Source: Nitrososphaerota archaeon (lineage in GTDB: Archaea > Thermoproteota > Nitrososphaeria > Nitrososphaerales > UBA57). Taken from it: a DNA stretch of 32,000 bases. Position numbers and translations under genes: made by a program. The notes beneath the pieces are model-generated. The model was not told where the DNA came from, made no database searches, and saw only the letters and a program-made list of their open reading frames with translations. Of this stretch, positions 1 through 7,504 are shown in pieces. Within the stretch, counting starts at the first letter, position 1; each line of letters starts with the position of its first letter. The stretch is from contig PAVW01000017.1 of assembly GCA_002713205.1 (NCBI GenBank), positions 22,581-54,580 of the forward strand, given 5' to 3'.

Positions 1-66
1 AATTAATGTTTTTACTAGATGTGAACCTAAGAAACCTGCTCCTCCTATAATTAGATAATTTTTCAT
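1..66 (-). CDS. NAD-dependent sugar epimerase/dehydratase (extended SDR). Only the N-terminal 22 codons are present; the gene runs off the window start.
   Basis: The reverse complement of 1-66 reads ATG AAA AAT TAT CTA ATT ATA GGA GGA GCA GGT TTC TTA GGT = MKNYLIIGGAGFLGSHLVKTLI. This is a Rossmann GxxGxxG start typical of sugar epimerases. It is absent from the ORF track because the window edge truncates it. Confidence 0.6.
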   Translation of the reverse strand, partial: MKNYLIIGGAGFLGSHLVKTLI

Positions 67-194
67 TGAGATTTACAAACTAATCATTATATATGAATCT
101 TAAGAGTTAACAAAATTGTATGTTCTAATTATAAATATTAAACTATTAATTTGGAATATTTTATTCTCATTTATAAAAATTCTGTCATTTATAA

Positions 195-470
195 TTAAAC
201 TACTTTTACTTTTTTGTGTTTCTCTAATATACCGTTTATCGACAGTAGATCCTTATAATACATTTTTGATTTAAAATCACAATAACCACATAATACTCTG
301 ATGAAACTTGTATTAGTATCCAAAGTAACTCTTAATGAACAAGGCAATGAATTCTTATAACTTGGATCTTCACGTAGTGGGCAGGAAGAACAACTTACAT
401 CCTTTATCGTTTTAATTATTCTAAATCTTTGGCTTTCTTTCAAAAAAGAGCTCACGTTCAAATGAATCAA
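195..470 (-). CDS. Small Cys-rich protein, possibly a Cys4 zinc ribbon. The start is uncertain.
   Basis: The 91-aa ORF has CSSC and CGYC pairs about 30 residues apart. The track start is a TTG at 470 that overlaps the upstream QueF-like gene by 50 nt; in-frame TTG/GTG alternatives lie at 461, 455 and 443. I recognise no homology. Confidence 0.3.
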   Translation of the reverse strand: MIHLNVSSFLKESQRFRIIKTIKDVSCSSCPLREDPSYKNSLPCSLRVTLDTNTSFIRVLCGYCDFKSKMYYKDLLSINGILEKHKKVKVV

Positions 471-855
471 TTGTTAATCTCGATAAAATTCCACCTCTAC
501 GATTAAATTCTATCGTTATTATCAATCTATTTGGTTTGTATGTTTTCACTAAATCATCATATATCACGTTGATAACTCTTTCATATGATAACACCAAATT
601 TCTAAATTGCTGTAAATAAATCTTAAAAGATTTTAATTCAATAACTTTGACTGATGGAATCATTTTGATATTGATTGTCCCATAATCTGGCTGATTTTTT
701 GCTCCAAAAAAAGTAAATTCAGGAGTATCAATTTCTATTTCATATGGTTCTGATGTTGGATTTGAGATTTTTTTTAATATACTAGCTTTTACATTATTAT
801 ATGGTTTTTTACTTCTTTTGTTCAAATATGATTTGATTCTTTTCTCATCTTTCAT
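421..855 (-). CDS. QueF-family tunnel-fold (T-fold) protein, related to 7-cyano-7-deazaguanine reductase / archaeal QueF-like, but containing no cysteine.
   Basis: PEFTFFGAKNQPDY aligns to the QueF block PEFTSLCPKTGQPDF. IELKSFKIYL matches the QueF motif E(S/L)K(S/A)hK(L/Y)(Y/F/W). RRGGI lies near the C-terminus as in unimodular QueF. There is a Lys-rich N-terminal extension. Confidence 0.7.
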   Translation of the reverse strand: MKDEKRIKSYLNKRSKKPYNNVKASILKKISNPTSEPYEIEIDTPEFTFFGAKNQPDYGTINIKMIPSVKVIELKSFKIYLQQFRNLVLSYERVINVIYDDLVKTYKPNRLIITIEFNRRGGILSRLTIDSFERELFFERKPKI

Positions 856-890
856 TTTACACTAATATTACATAGAACATGTTAATTAGA

Positions 891-2213
891 TTAACTCAGC
901 CCAATAGCATTATATTCCAAATAATTCTTAAAAATTGACTTTTCATACAATCTACGACCATCTATAAGCAAAGGCCTGTTCATTTGTTTTACAAAATCTT
1001 TAGGTTTCAGATTCTTAAATTCACTCCATTCAGTTACTAAAATACAACAATCGGTATTTTTAATACATTCAACTGGATTTTTCGAATATTGGATAGAATT
1101 TCCAAAAATCCTTTTTGCATTATCGATTGCTATGGGATCGTAAACCTTTATTTTTGCCTTGAGCGCAACAAGTTTTTTAATTATGATTATGGAAACAGCA
1201 TCTCGCATATCATCAGTACCTGGTTTAAAAGATAATCCTAATATGGATATGTTCTTTTTTTGCACATTCCCCAATTTCTTTTTCACCATTGTAATTACTC
1301 TAAGTGGTTGTGTACGATTTATTTCAATAATTGATTTTAAAATATCTGAATTTATTCCATTATCTTTACTAAAAGATTTAATTGCACGAATATCTTTAGG
1401 AAAACACGAACCACCAAATCCTAAACCTGCATTTAGAAAAGATTCAGATATCCGTTTATCTAGACTCATTGCAGTTTTTATTTCTACAATGTCACCTCCA
1501 GGAATATTTTCTGCCAATCGAGCTATGTAATTAATGTAACTGATTTTTAACGCTAAAAATGTACTCGTTGAATATTTAATTAATTCAGCGTTATTTAGAT
1601 TGGTGTACACCACCGGTGGAACTTTTCGATATATTTTTTTATATAATTTCATAATTATTTTTTTATCTTTTTGTGACGAATGTCCAATTATGATTCTATC
1701 AGGATATAGTGTATCTTGGACTGCTTTGCCCTCTTGTAAGAATTCTGGATTAACAATTATTCCAAAATCAGTACCACATATTTTCCCTGAATGTCTTTCC
1801 AAGTCTTTTATAATTTTTTCGGAGGTATTTGGAATTACAGTGCTTTTAATAACAATTAAAAAATATTCATTACTTTTTTTAATTGATAACCCTATATTTT
1901 TGATTGCTGTTTTAATATACTTCAAATTTATTGAACCATCAATATTACTTGGAGTTCCTACTGCTAGGAAAATTATTTTTGATTTGAAAATGTCGTCATA
2001 ATTTGATTGAACCCTTAGCTTCCCGTTTTTTACTACCTTTTTTAATAATATAGACATGTTTTTTTCAAAGATTGGTGATTTTCCCTTTCTTATTTTTTGT
2101 ATTTTTTTTTGATCTATGTCTATACCAAGTACTTTTATTCCTCTATTTGCAAAGCAAATACCCGTTGACAACCCTACATATCCAAGACCAATTATAGACA
2201 CGTCATATTCCAT
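891..2213 (-). CDS. ugd: UDP-glucose 6-dehydrogenase (UDP-glucose/GDP-mannose dehydrogenase family)
   Basis: 440 aa. It has the N-terminal Rossmann IIGLGYVGLSTG, the catalytic-region motif GFGGSCFPKD and a typical length. Confidence 0.9.
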   Translation of the reverse strand: MEYDVSIIGLGYVGLSTGICFANRGIKVLGIDIDQKKIQKIRKGKSPIFEKNMSILLKKVVKNGKLRVQSNYDDIFKSKIIFLAVGTPSNIDGSINLKYIKTAIKNIGLSIKKSNEYFLIVIKSTVIPNTSEKIIKDLERHSGKICGTDFGIIVNPEFLQEGKAVQDTLYPDRIIIGHSSQKDKKIIMKLYKKIYRKVPPVVYTNLNNAELIKYSTSTFLALKISYINYIARLAENIPGGDIVEIKTAMSLDKRISESFLNAGLGFGGSCFPKDIRAIKSFSKDNGINSDILKSIIEINRTQPLRVITMVKKKLGNVQKKNISILGLSFKPGTDDMRDAVSIIIIKKLVALKAKIKVYDPIAIDNAKRIFGNSIQYSKNPVECIKNTDCCILVTEWSEFKNLKPKDFVKQMNRPLLIDGRRLYEKSIFKNYLEYNAIGLS

Positions 2214-2240
2214 ACTATTTCTGATGATACATTGAAATAA

Positions 2241-3125
2241 ATGGATTATAAGAATAACTTAGTGAGAAGACAATTGATAAAAAAAGCTGTTATTCCTGTA
2301 GCCGGTCAAGGCACTAGATTATTACCTATTACTAAGACTCAACCTAAGGAAATGCTTCCACTCTTTTCTTCTAGACAAAATGGAGAATTGTTACTAAAAC
2401 CTATTATTCAATTAATATTTGAACAACTTTTTTCCTCTGGAATTAGAGATTTTTGTTTTATTGTAGGGAAGAACAAAAGAATTATTGAGGATTATTTTTC
2501 TCCCGATTATTCATTTTTAACTCATTTATCATCAATTCAAAAAACTGCAGCTATTTCTGACTTTAAAGAATTTTATAAAAAAATCGAAAAATCAACTATA
2601 ACTTTTATTTCTCAAACTAAACCTCTTGGTTATGGTCATGCTGTTTCACTTGCTGCATCTTTCGTCGGTAAAGAACAGTTTTTAGTTCATGCAGGTGATA
2701 CTCTGATCATTTCACCAAATAACACACATATCTCTTTGTGTATGTCAACTAGTGCAGATGGTGTAATTGCTCTACAAAAAGTTATAGACCCTAAACCATA
2801 TGGCGTTATATTGGGGCAACGAATTGGAAAATTTTATAATATTACTCGTGCTATTGAAAAACCAAAGAAATTTATTTCTAATCTCGCTATAATGCCTGTT
2901 AATTCTTTTCATTATGAGATTTTTAATATTCTCAAAAAAATTAAACCTGGAAAAGGCAATGAAATACAATTAACTGATGCAATTCAAAAAATGATTGATT
3001 TAGATTTTGATATAAAGGGATTCCAAATTCATAGATCTTCGTTACATTTTGATATAGGTACTTCAGAAAATTACTGGCGCGCTCAAAAATTATCAAAAAA
3101 ACTTTCTGATAAAAGGTTGATATAA
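2241..3125 (+). CDS. galU: UTP--glucose-1-phosphate uridylyltransferase
   Basis: KAVIPVAGQGTRLLPITKTQPKEMLPL matches the GalU signature (KAVIPVAGLGTRxLPATKxxPKEMLP). It is divergent from ugd across only 27 nt. Confidence 0.85.
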   Translation: MDYKNNLVRRQLIKKAVIPVAGQGTRLLPITKTQPKEMLPLFSSRQNGELLLKPIIQLIFEQLFSSGIRDFCFIVGKNKRIIEDYFSPDYSFLTHLSSIQKTAAISDFKEFYKKIEKSTITFISQTKPLGYGHAVSLAASFVGKEQFLVHAGDTLIISPNNTHISLCMSTSADGVIALQKVIDPKPYGVILGQRIGKFYNITRAIEKPKKFISNLAIMPVNSFHYEIFNILKKIKPGKGNEIQLTDAIQKMIDLDFDIKGFQIHRSSLHFDIGTSENYWRAQKLSKKLSDKRLI

Positions 3126-4144
3126 TGTCTATTATTGCAGAATCTGATATAACTCTTCTAATTCAAAATAGCAAAAAATTTCGTATTTCTAATAAAGAAT
3201 TTTTAATTACTGGCGGCGCAGGATTTTTAGGTAGTTGGTTATGCGAGATATTATTGGCAAAAAATGCAAAAGTCTATTGTGTTGATAACCTTTCATCTGG
3301 CCGTGCGGAAAATATTAAACATCTACGTACGAATAAATCTTTTATTTTTAAAAAGATTGATATCACCAAAAAATCTTTGAACCTAAAACCTGATTATATT
3401 TTTCACTTAGCTAGTAGGCCATCTCCAGATGACTATCTCAAGAATCCACTTAAAACTATTAATGTAAATACTGATGGAACAAAACAAATTTTAGAATTAG
3501 CACGCAGAGCTGATTCTAAACTTCTTTTTACATCTACTTCTGAAGTTTATGGTGAAGCTACTGTTTTCCCTACTCCTGAAAGTTATTTTGGAAATGTAAA
3601 TCCTTCTGGACCTAGATCATGTTATGATGAAAGTAAAAGATTATGCGAATCTCTATCTATGGCTTATTATCGAACATATGGTTTAGATATGCGTATTGTT
3701 CGATTGTTTAATACTTATGGACCAAGACTTCGTGGTGATGGTAATTATGGCAGAGCATTATCTAGATTTATCTTACAATCTGTAAATCACAAAAACCTTA
3801 CCATTTGGGGTCGCGGCAAACAAACTCGATCGTTTTGTTATATTACTGATATGATTGATGGTCTATTGCGTTCTCTGTTCATGAAGACCACAAAAGGAGA
3901 AATATTCAATCTTGGAAATCCAAAGGAAACTCGAATTATTGATTTGGCAAAAATGATAATCAAATTAACAAATAGTAAATCAAAAATTACTTATTTACCT
4001 CTTCCTGAGAATGACCCATTACGCCGATTACCCAATATCAATAAGGCTAAAAAACTACTATCCTTTTATCCTAAAACTAAACTTGAAGATGGCTTGTCTA
4101 AAACAATTCAATGGAATTTAGAAAACAATTATCGTTCTTTATAG
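3125..4144 (+). CDS. uxs: UDP-glucuronate decarboxylase (UDP-xylose synthase)-like SDR
   Basis: The motifs are ITGGAGFLGSWL, TSTSEVYG, YDESKR (the YxxxK catalytic motif) and RLFNTYGPRL, as in the UXS family. The start ATG shares one nt with the galU stop (TAATG). Confidence 0.8.
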   Translation: MSIIAESDITLLIQNSKKFRISNKEFLITGGAGFLGSWLCEILLAKNAKVYCVDNLSSGRAENIKHLRTNKSFIFKKIDITKKSLNLKPDYIFHLASRPSPDDYLKNPLKTINVNTDGTKQILELARRADSKLLFTSTSEVYGEATVFPTPESYFGNVNPSGPRSCYDESKRLCESLSMAYYRTYGLDMRIVRLFNTYGPRLRGDGNYGRALSRFILQSVNHKNLTIWGRGKQTRSFCYITDMIDGLLRSLFMKTTKGEIFNLGNPKETRIIDLAKMIIKLTNSKSKITYLPLPENDPLRRLPNINKAKKLLSFYPKTKLEDGLSKTIQWNLENNYRSL

Positions 4145-4750
4145 TAAATTTGATATTTCTCTTTTTAATTCTATATCGTCTTTCACGTATTTCATTTCAT
4201 GATCAAACCCAATATTCGTGTCTGTTTTCATCTTTCCTCTTCTTATAATTATTGATTCACAACCTGCTTTTTTCGCGGATTCAAAATCATTAATTCTATC
4301 TCCAATCATTAAAGTTTGATTTGATTTGATCTCAATTTTATTCATTGTGTTGATTATTTGTTCATAACGATTAGTATAGTTGTCTCTTGTAAATATATTT
4401 GAAAATAAATCTCTTATTCCTATTATTTCGAGAATTGTTGTTGCAGCTCTTTCGCATTGAAGTGTAACTAACGCAATCTTCTTATCTTTTGAATGAAGCT
4501 CTTTTATTATCTTGATTACTCCTTCATAAATTTCTAATTCATTTATTGCATTGCACTCTTCGTTACAAATAAATTCAAACGCTTCTTTTTTTAACTCATC
4601 ATTTCCTTTTGTTTTTGATAATATTGTTGGTATAATGAAAAATTCTCCCTCTATATTGAATTTTTCTTTTAATTTGTTTCTAAGTAAATCATATCTTACT
4701 GGTAATCTCACTAATGTACCATCTAAATCAAAAATAACCAGTTCAATCAC
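4139..4750 (-). CDS. HAD-superfamily phosphatase (phosphoglycolate phosphatase-like)
   Basis: It carries DLDGTLV motif I and the late GDRINDFESAKKAG motif. The track start is a TTG at 4789, 43 nt inside the upstream gene. An in-frame GTG at 4750 forms a GTGA start/stop overlap with the ATP-grasp stop and puts the DxD motif at residue 9, so I prefer 4750. Confidence 0.7.
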   Translation of the reverse strand: MIELVIFDLDGTLVRLPVRYDLLRNKLKEKFNIEGEFFIIPTILSKTKGNDELKKEAFEFICNEECNAINELEIYEGVIKIIKELHSKDKKIALVTLQCERAATTILEIIGIRDLFSNIFTRDNYTNRYEQIINTMNKIEIKSNQTLMIGDRINDFESAKKAGCESIIIRRGKMKTDTNIGFDHEMKYVKDDIELKREISNLL

Positions 4751-5835
4751 AGTATTTTTACCTTGTATCCATCTTCTTTCCAAATCCAAGTTCCAGTATC
4801 TATATGCCTAAGCAAATAAAGGTTTTCTGGATAGATATTACTTCCTAAGTTCTCTGGTTTAATTACACCCATTCCAATTTTACAATAATAATCTGCTAAA
4901 TTCTTTTTAGAATCTAGTTTTAATTTGTCTGATACAATTCCCCATACAGGTGTTGTAGTGTGAAATTTACCCGAATCAATTTCAGTGACAATTGGGTTAT
5001 TGTTTTTATCTCCTTTCAAATCCACTGCGTAACTTCCATGAGGTTTCGGATCAATTGCTAAAATTGCTTTATTAGAAATCTCATTCACTTGTTCACTTAT
5101 TATTATTCTAGATACTGTCGGTGTCCCTGTTATTCCAGACGGCGATATATGTTTGAATGGATATTCTAATCTTTCTCTAGCATACGATGCAATAAATTTA
5201 CCTTTAAACCACAAACTATCGTGTGCTATATTTCTCCCAGGTAAATATTCTTGAATAATAAAATCTGAATATTCTGCAATCCCTCTGTTAACCCATAATT
5301 CTATCCAATTCTCTACTTCGATTTCATTTTTACATAATAAGCTTAATTTTCCACCAGCTCCGCTTTTCATTCTTACCCATACTTTATTATCCGTAAAACG
5401 CTCTTTCTTACTTTTAATCTCATCTAATGAAGAAACAATTTCAGTTTTTGCTACAGGCATTGATTCTTTTTCTAATATTTTCTGAGTTTCTAATTTGTCT
5501 CTAATTATAATGCTATAATTTGGTAAATACGTCGATGTCTTTATTTGTTCTATATTCTTGGCAATAATACTTGCCTCAGAATGAGGACTTGGATGTAAAA
5601 ATTGAATTTTATTTTTCTCTATTATATTTTTAATTATTTGTAAAAATTTTGGTTCTGAATGTCTAGGCGTATTGTATTTTGAATCAAGTTGAGGAAATTC
5701 TAAATAAAATCTATTGAAATCAGTACCTATAATATTATAATTGGAATTAGTTATTCTTAACGCACTTACAAAATTTACTCCACCTATTCCTCCTGCTCCT
5801 GTAACTAATATTTTATAATGGTTATTCTCTGACAA
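4747..5835 (-). CDS. ATP-grasp family carboxylate-amine ligase-like enzyme
   Basis: 362 aa. It has an N-terminal YKILVTGAGGIGG pre-ATP-grasp Rossmann-like segment and a central/C-terminal pattern typical of CPS-like ATP-grasp proteins found in glycan clusters. It overlaps the downstream-partner deacetylase gene by 14 nt. Confidence 0.65.
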   Translation of the reverse strand: MSENNHYKILVTGAGGIGGVNFVSALRITNSNYNIIGTDFNRFYLEFPQLDSKYNTPRHSEPKFLQIIKNIIEKNKIQFLHPSPHSEASIIAKNIEQIKTSTYLPNYSIIIRDKLETQKILEKESMPVAKTEIVSSLDEIKSKKERFTDNKVWVRMKSGAGGKLSLLCKNEIEVENWIELWVNRGIAEYSDFIIQEYLPGRNIAHDSLWFKGKFIASYARERLEYPFKHISPSGITGTPTVSRIIISEQVNEISNKAILAIDPKPHGSYAVDLKGDKNNNPIVTEIDSGKFHTTTPVWGIVSDKLKLDSKKNLADYYCKIGMGVIKPENLGSNIYPENLYLLRHIDTGTWIWKEDGYKVKIL

Positions 5836-7063
5836 TTATATCGCATTCTCCCATAACTTCCACTTCTACCATTCTGTTATTTTTTTTATTAATTGTTCCT
5901 TTACCTTCTATTTTTAAATTTTCCACATTTTTATGATGTACTTCTACGACCATTGATTCTGGTGCATTTCTTATAGAACAAATCCATTCATCTCCCTGCT
6001 TTTTCATTTTTGCCGTTGTATTCTTTCTTGACATCCACCATTTACATATAGATGCTGCATTTCCAACAAAACATTCTTCATTTGATAGCATTTTCAATAT
6101 TTCTATATATATCCGTCCTTTTTTCATCAATAATGCTTCTTGATGCCATAAAATCGTGAATAATCCTCCAGTATTTTTTACCACATTCATCATTTTTCTT
6201 ATTAATTCTAATCCTTGCTTTTCATCTAAATTCATGTATCCCCATAATGAAGTATCCATTAGAACCAGAGGTATTTCTAATATGTTAAAACATTCCCATT
6301 CTAAATTTGGGGGATTGAACGGCAAGGAAATAGATGCTTTAAAACCTGGATTTTCATTGAATCCCCATGTTGTATCATACTTTAATTGAAGTTGATTCAT
6401 TATATCCCAACTCTTTTCCGGATCGAATTTCAAATAATGTTCTCTTATCCCTTCAGATTTATTACCAAAATAATTCCTAAATAATTCTAATTCTTTTAAT
6501 AATTCATTCTTATTGTTATGAGTGTTGAAACCTCCATGTAATGCAATTTCCCACCCTTCGTCTATCAATCTCCTAAATGTTTCTAATTTACTATCAATTT
6601 TATATTCACTAAGCAGTAAATAGAATGAAGACCTAAATCCAAATTCTTTTTCCATTTCTGCAATCCTTTCAATATTCCAATATGGATCCTCATCTTTTTG
6701 AAAAAATGCCTGAATTACTTCTTCAGTAAATCTATCTTTTACTTTATTGAAATGTTCTATATCTACTGATATTCTATCTGCGTCATGAGTTATTGCGACA
6801 GCGAATTCTTTTCCAGATGGCCATTTCTTTTTTATAAAAACAGGAATGTTTTCTTTTACCATTGATTTTTTTAATTCTAGTAAATAAGATTCAAAAATTC
6901 TATCAATTTCTGGATTATATGGTTCACTGTTTATTTTCTCACCTGATAAAAATGCTGATATTGATATAATATCTTCATCTTTTAACACAAGCTTAATATC
7001 TTTAGTAGTTGATATTCCTGTAGAATCATAAAAAATTTGTTTTACGTAGTCTCTTTTTTTCAT
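5822..7063 (-). CDS. Polysaccharide deacetylase-like (CE4/NodB-related) protein
   Basis: 413 aa. AVAITHDADR and ALHGGFNTHNN resemble the Asp and His metal/catalytic motifs of the deacetylase fold. The assignment rests on motif resemblance only. Confidence 0.5.
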   Translation of the reverse strand: MKKRDYVKQIFYDSTGISTTKDIKLVLKDEDIISISAFLSGEKINSEPYNPEIDRIFESYLLELKKSMVKENIPVFIKKKWPSGKEFAVAITHDADRISVDIEHFNKVKDRFTEEVIQAFFQKDEDPYWNIERIAEMEKEFGFRSSFYLLLSEYKIDSKLETFRRLIDEGWEIALHGGFNTHNNKNELLKELELFRNYFGNKSEGIREHYLKFDPEKSWDIMNQLQLKYDTTWGFNENPGFKASISLPFNPPNLEWECFNILEIPLVLMDTSLWGYMNLDEKQGLELIRKMMNVVKNTGGLFTILWHQEALLMKKGRIYIEILKMLSNEECFVGNAASICKWWMSRKNTTAKMKKQGDEWICSIRNAPESMVVEVHHKNVENLKIEGKGTINKKNNRMVEVEVMGECDIIVRE

Positions 7064-7130
7064 GATTGACTTGCATAAATATTTGTTTTCGGAAGGATAA
7101 GCTTTATTGTAATGTTGAATTAAAAATATT

Positions 7131-7221
7131 GGGCTCGTAGTTCAGCATGGATCAGGGCGTCGAGATAATTCACGCAAGCCTGCGAAGCCGAAGATCGTGG
7201 GTTCAAATCCCACCGGGCCCG
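7131..7221 (+). tRNA. tRNA-Arg (anticodon GCG) with a 15-nt intron at non-canonical position 29/30
   Basis: - Acceptor stem GGGCUCG/CGGGCCC (one G-U pair), discriminator G.
- T arm GUGGG-UUCAAAU-CCCAC.
- D stem GUUC/GGGC with the GG in the loop.
- Removing 7163-7177 yields a perfect anticodon stem UCGGC/GCCGA, the loop CU-GCG-AA and a 5-nt variable loop, for a 76-nt mature length.
- The pre-tRNA folds into an hBHBh' motif (see findings).
- No encoded CCA. Confidence 0.85.
7163..7177 (+). other. tRNA intron (AGAUAAUUCACGCAA), excised at a bulge-helix-bulge motif
   Basis: The central 4-bp helix is 7157-7160 GCGU paired with 7172-7175 ACGC. It is flanked by 3-nt bulges at 7161-7163 and 7176-7178. 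The outer helix is 7153-7156/7179-7182 and the inner helix is 7164-7165/7170-7171. Confidence 0.8.
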
Positions 7222-7222
7222 T

Positions 7223-7498
7223 TCATTTCTTCCATAATACTATTTTATATTGACCTGATCCTGATTTCCAGACACTATACTTTGAAATATATTCAATGAC
7301 TGATTGAGGCACTGCTTTGGTGGCCATTACATGATCAGTTTCTATAATAATTACATCATTTTCGATTTTTTGAATTTGTTCACGTGCTACTATTTGTGGA
7401 TAAGGACATACTTCACCATCCATATTGATTATTTTTGCCGTTTTTTCTAATTGCTTGATTTCTTCATTAGAAATTTCTATTTCAGTTACCATAATCAT
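7223..7498 (-). CDS. TusA/YeeD(TsuB)-like sulfur carrier protein
   Basis: 91 aa with the MDGEVCPYPQI CPxP active-site motif. It starts 6 nt after the YeeE stop, the classical YeeE-YeeD arrangement. Confidence 0.8.
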   Translation of the reverse strand: MIMVTEIEISNEEIKQLEKTAKIINMDGEVCPYPQIVAREQIQKIENDVIIIETDHVMATKAVPQSVIEYISKYSVWKSGSGQYKIVLWKK

Positions 7499-7504
7499 TC
7501 ACCA

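Noticed and set aside
1159-2001. ORFs 1159-1530 and 1600-2001 on the plus strand, inside ugd
   Set aside because: They are antisense shadow ORFs of a well-supported gene. Their translations are low-complexity (F/I/L/S-rich) with no motifs. The same reasoning applies to 2772-2969, 4551-4811, 6156-6389, 7629-7838, 8004-8228, 8756-8962, 9653-9847, 13482-13667, 13987-14253, 14602-14892, 15124-15342, 15900-16091, 17118-17429, 17543-17923, 18911-19288, 19542-19886, 21595-21798, 24941-25132, 25384-25587, 26053-26370, 26966-27166, 27622-27831, 29026-29283, 29599-29871 and 31323-31565.
2221-2227. CTGATGA, resembling a C box of a C/D-box sRNA, in the ugd/galU intergenic spacer
   Set aside because: There is no matching D box (CUGA) or terminal stem at the expected 40-60 nt distance on either strand. 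The motif sits within 27 nt between two start codons.
4751-4789. TTG-initiated N-terminal extension of the HAD phosphatase (MDLERRWIQGKNT)
   Set aside because: It would overlap the ATP-grasp gene by 43 nt and put the DxD motif unusually far from the N-terminus. The in-frame GTG at 4750, which forms a GTGA stop/start overlap, is more plausible. This is not proven.
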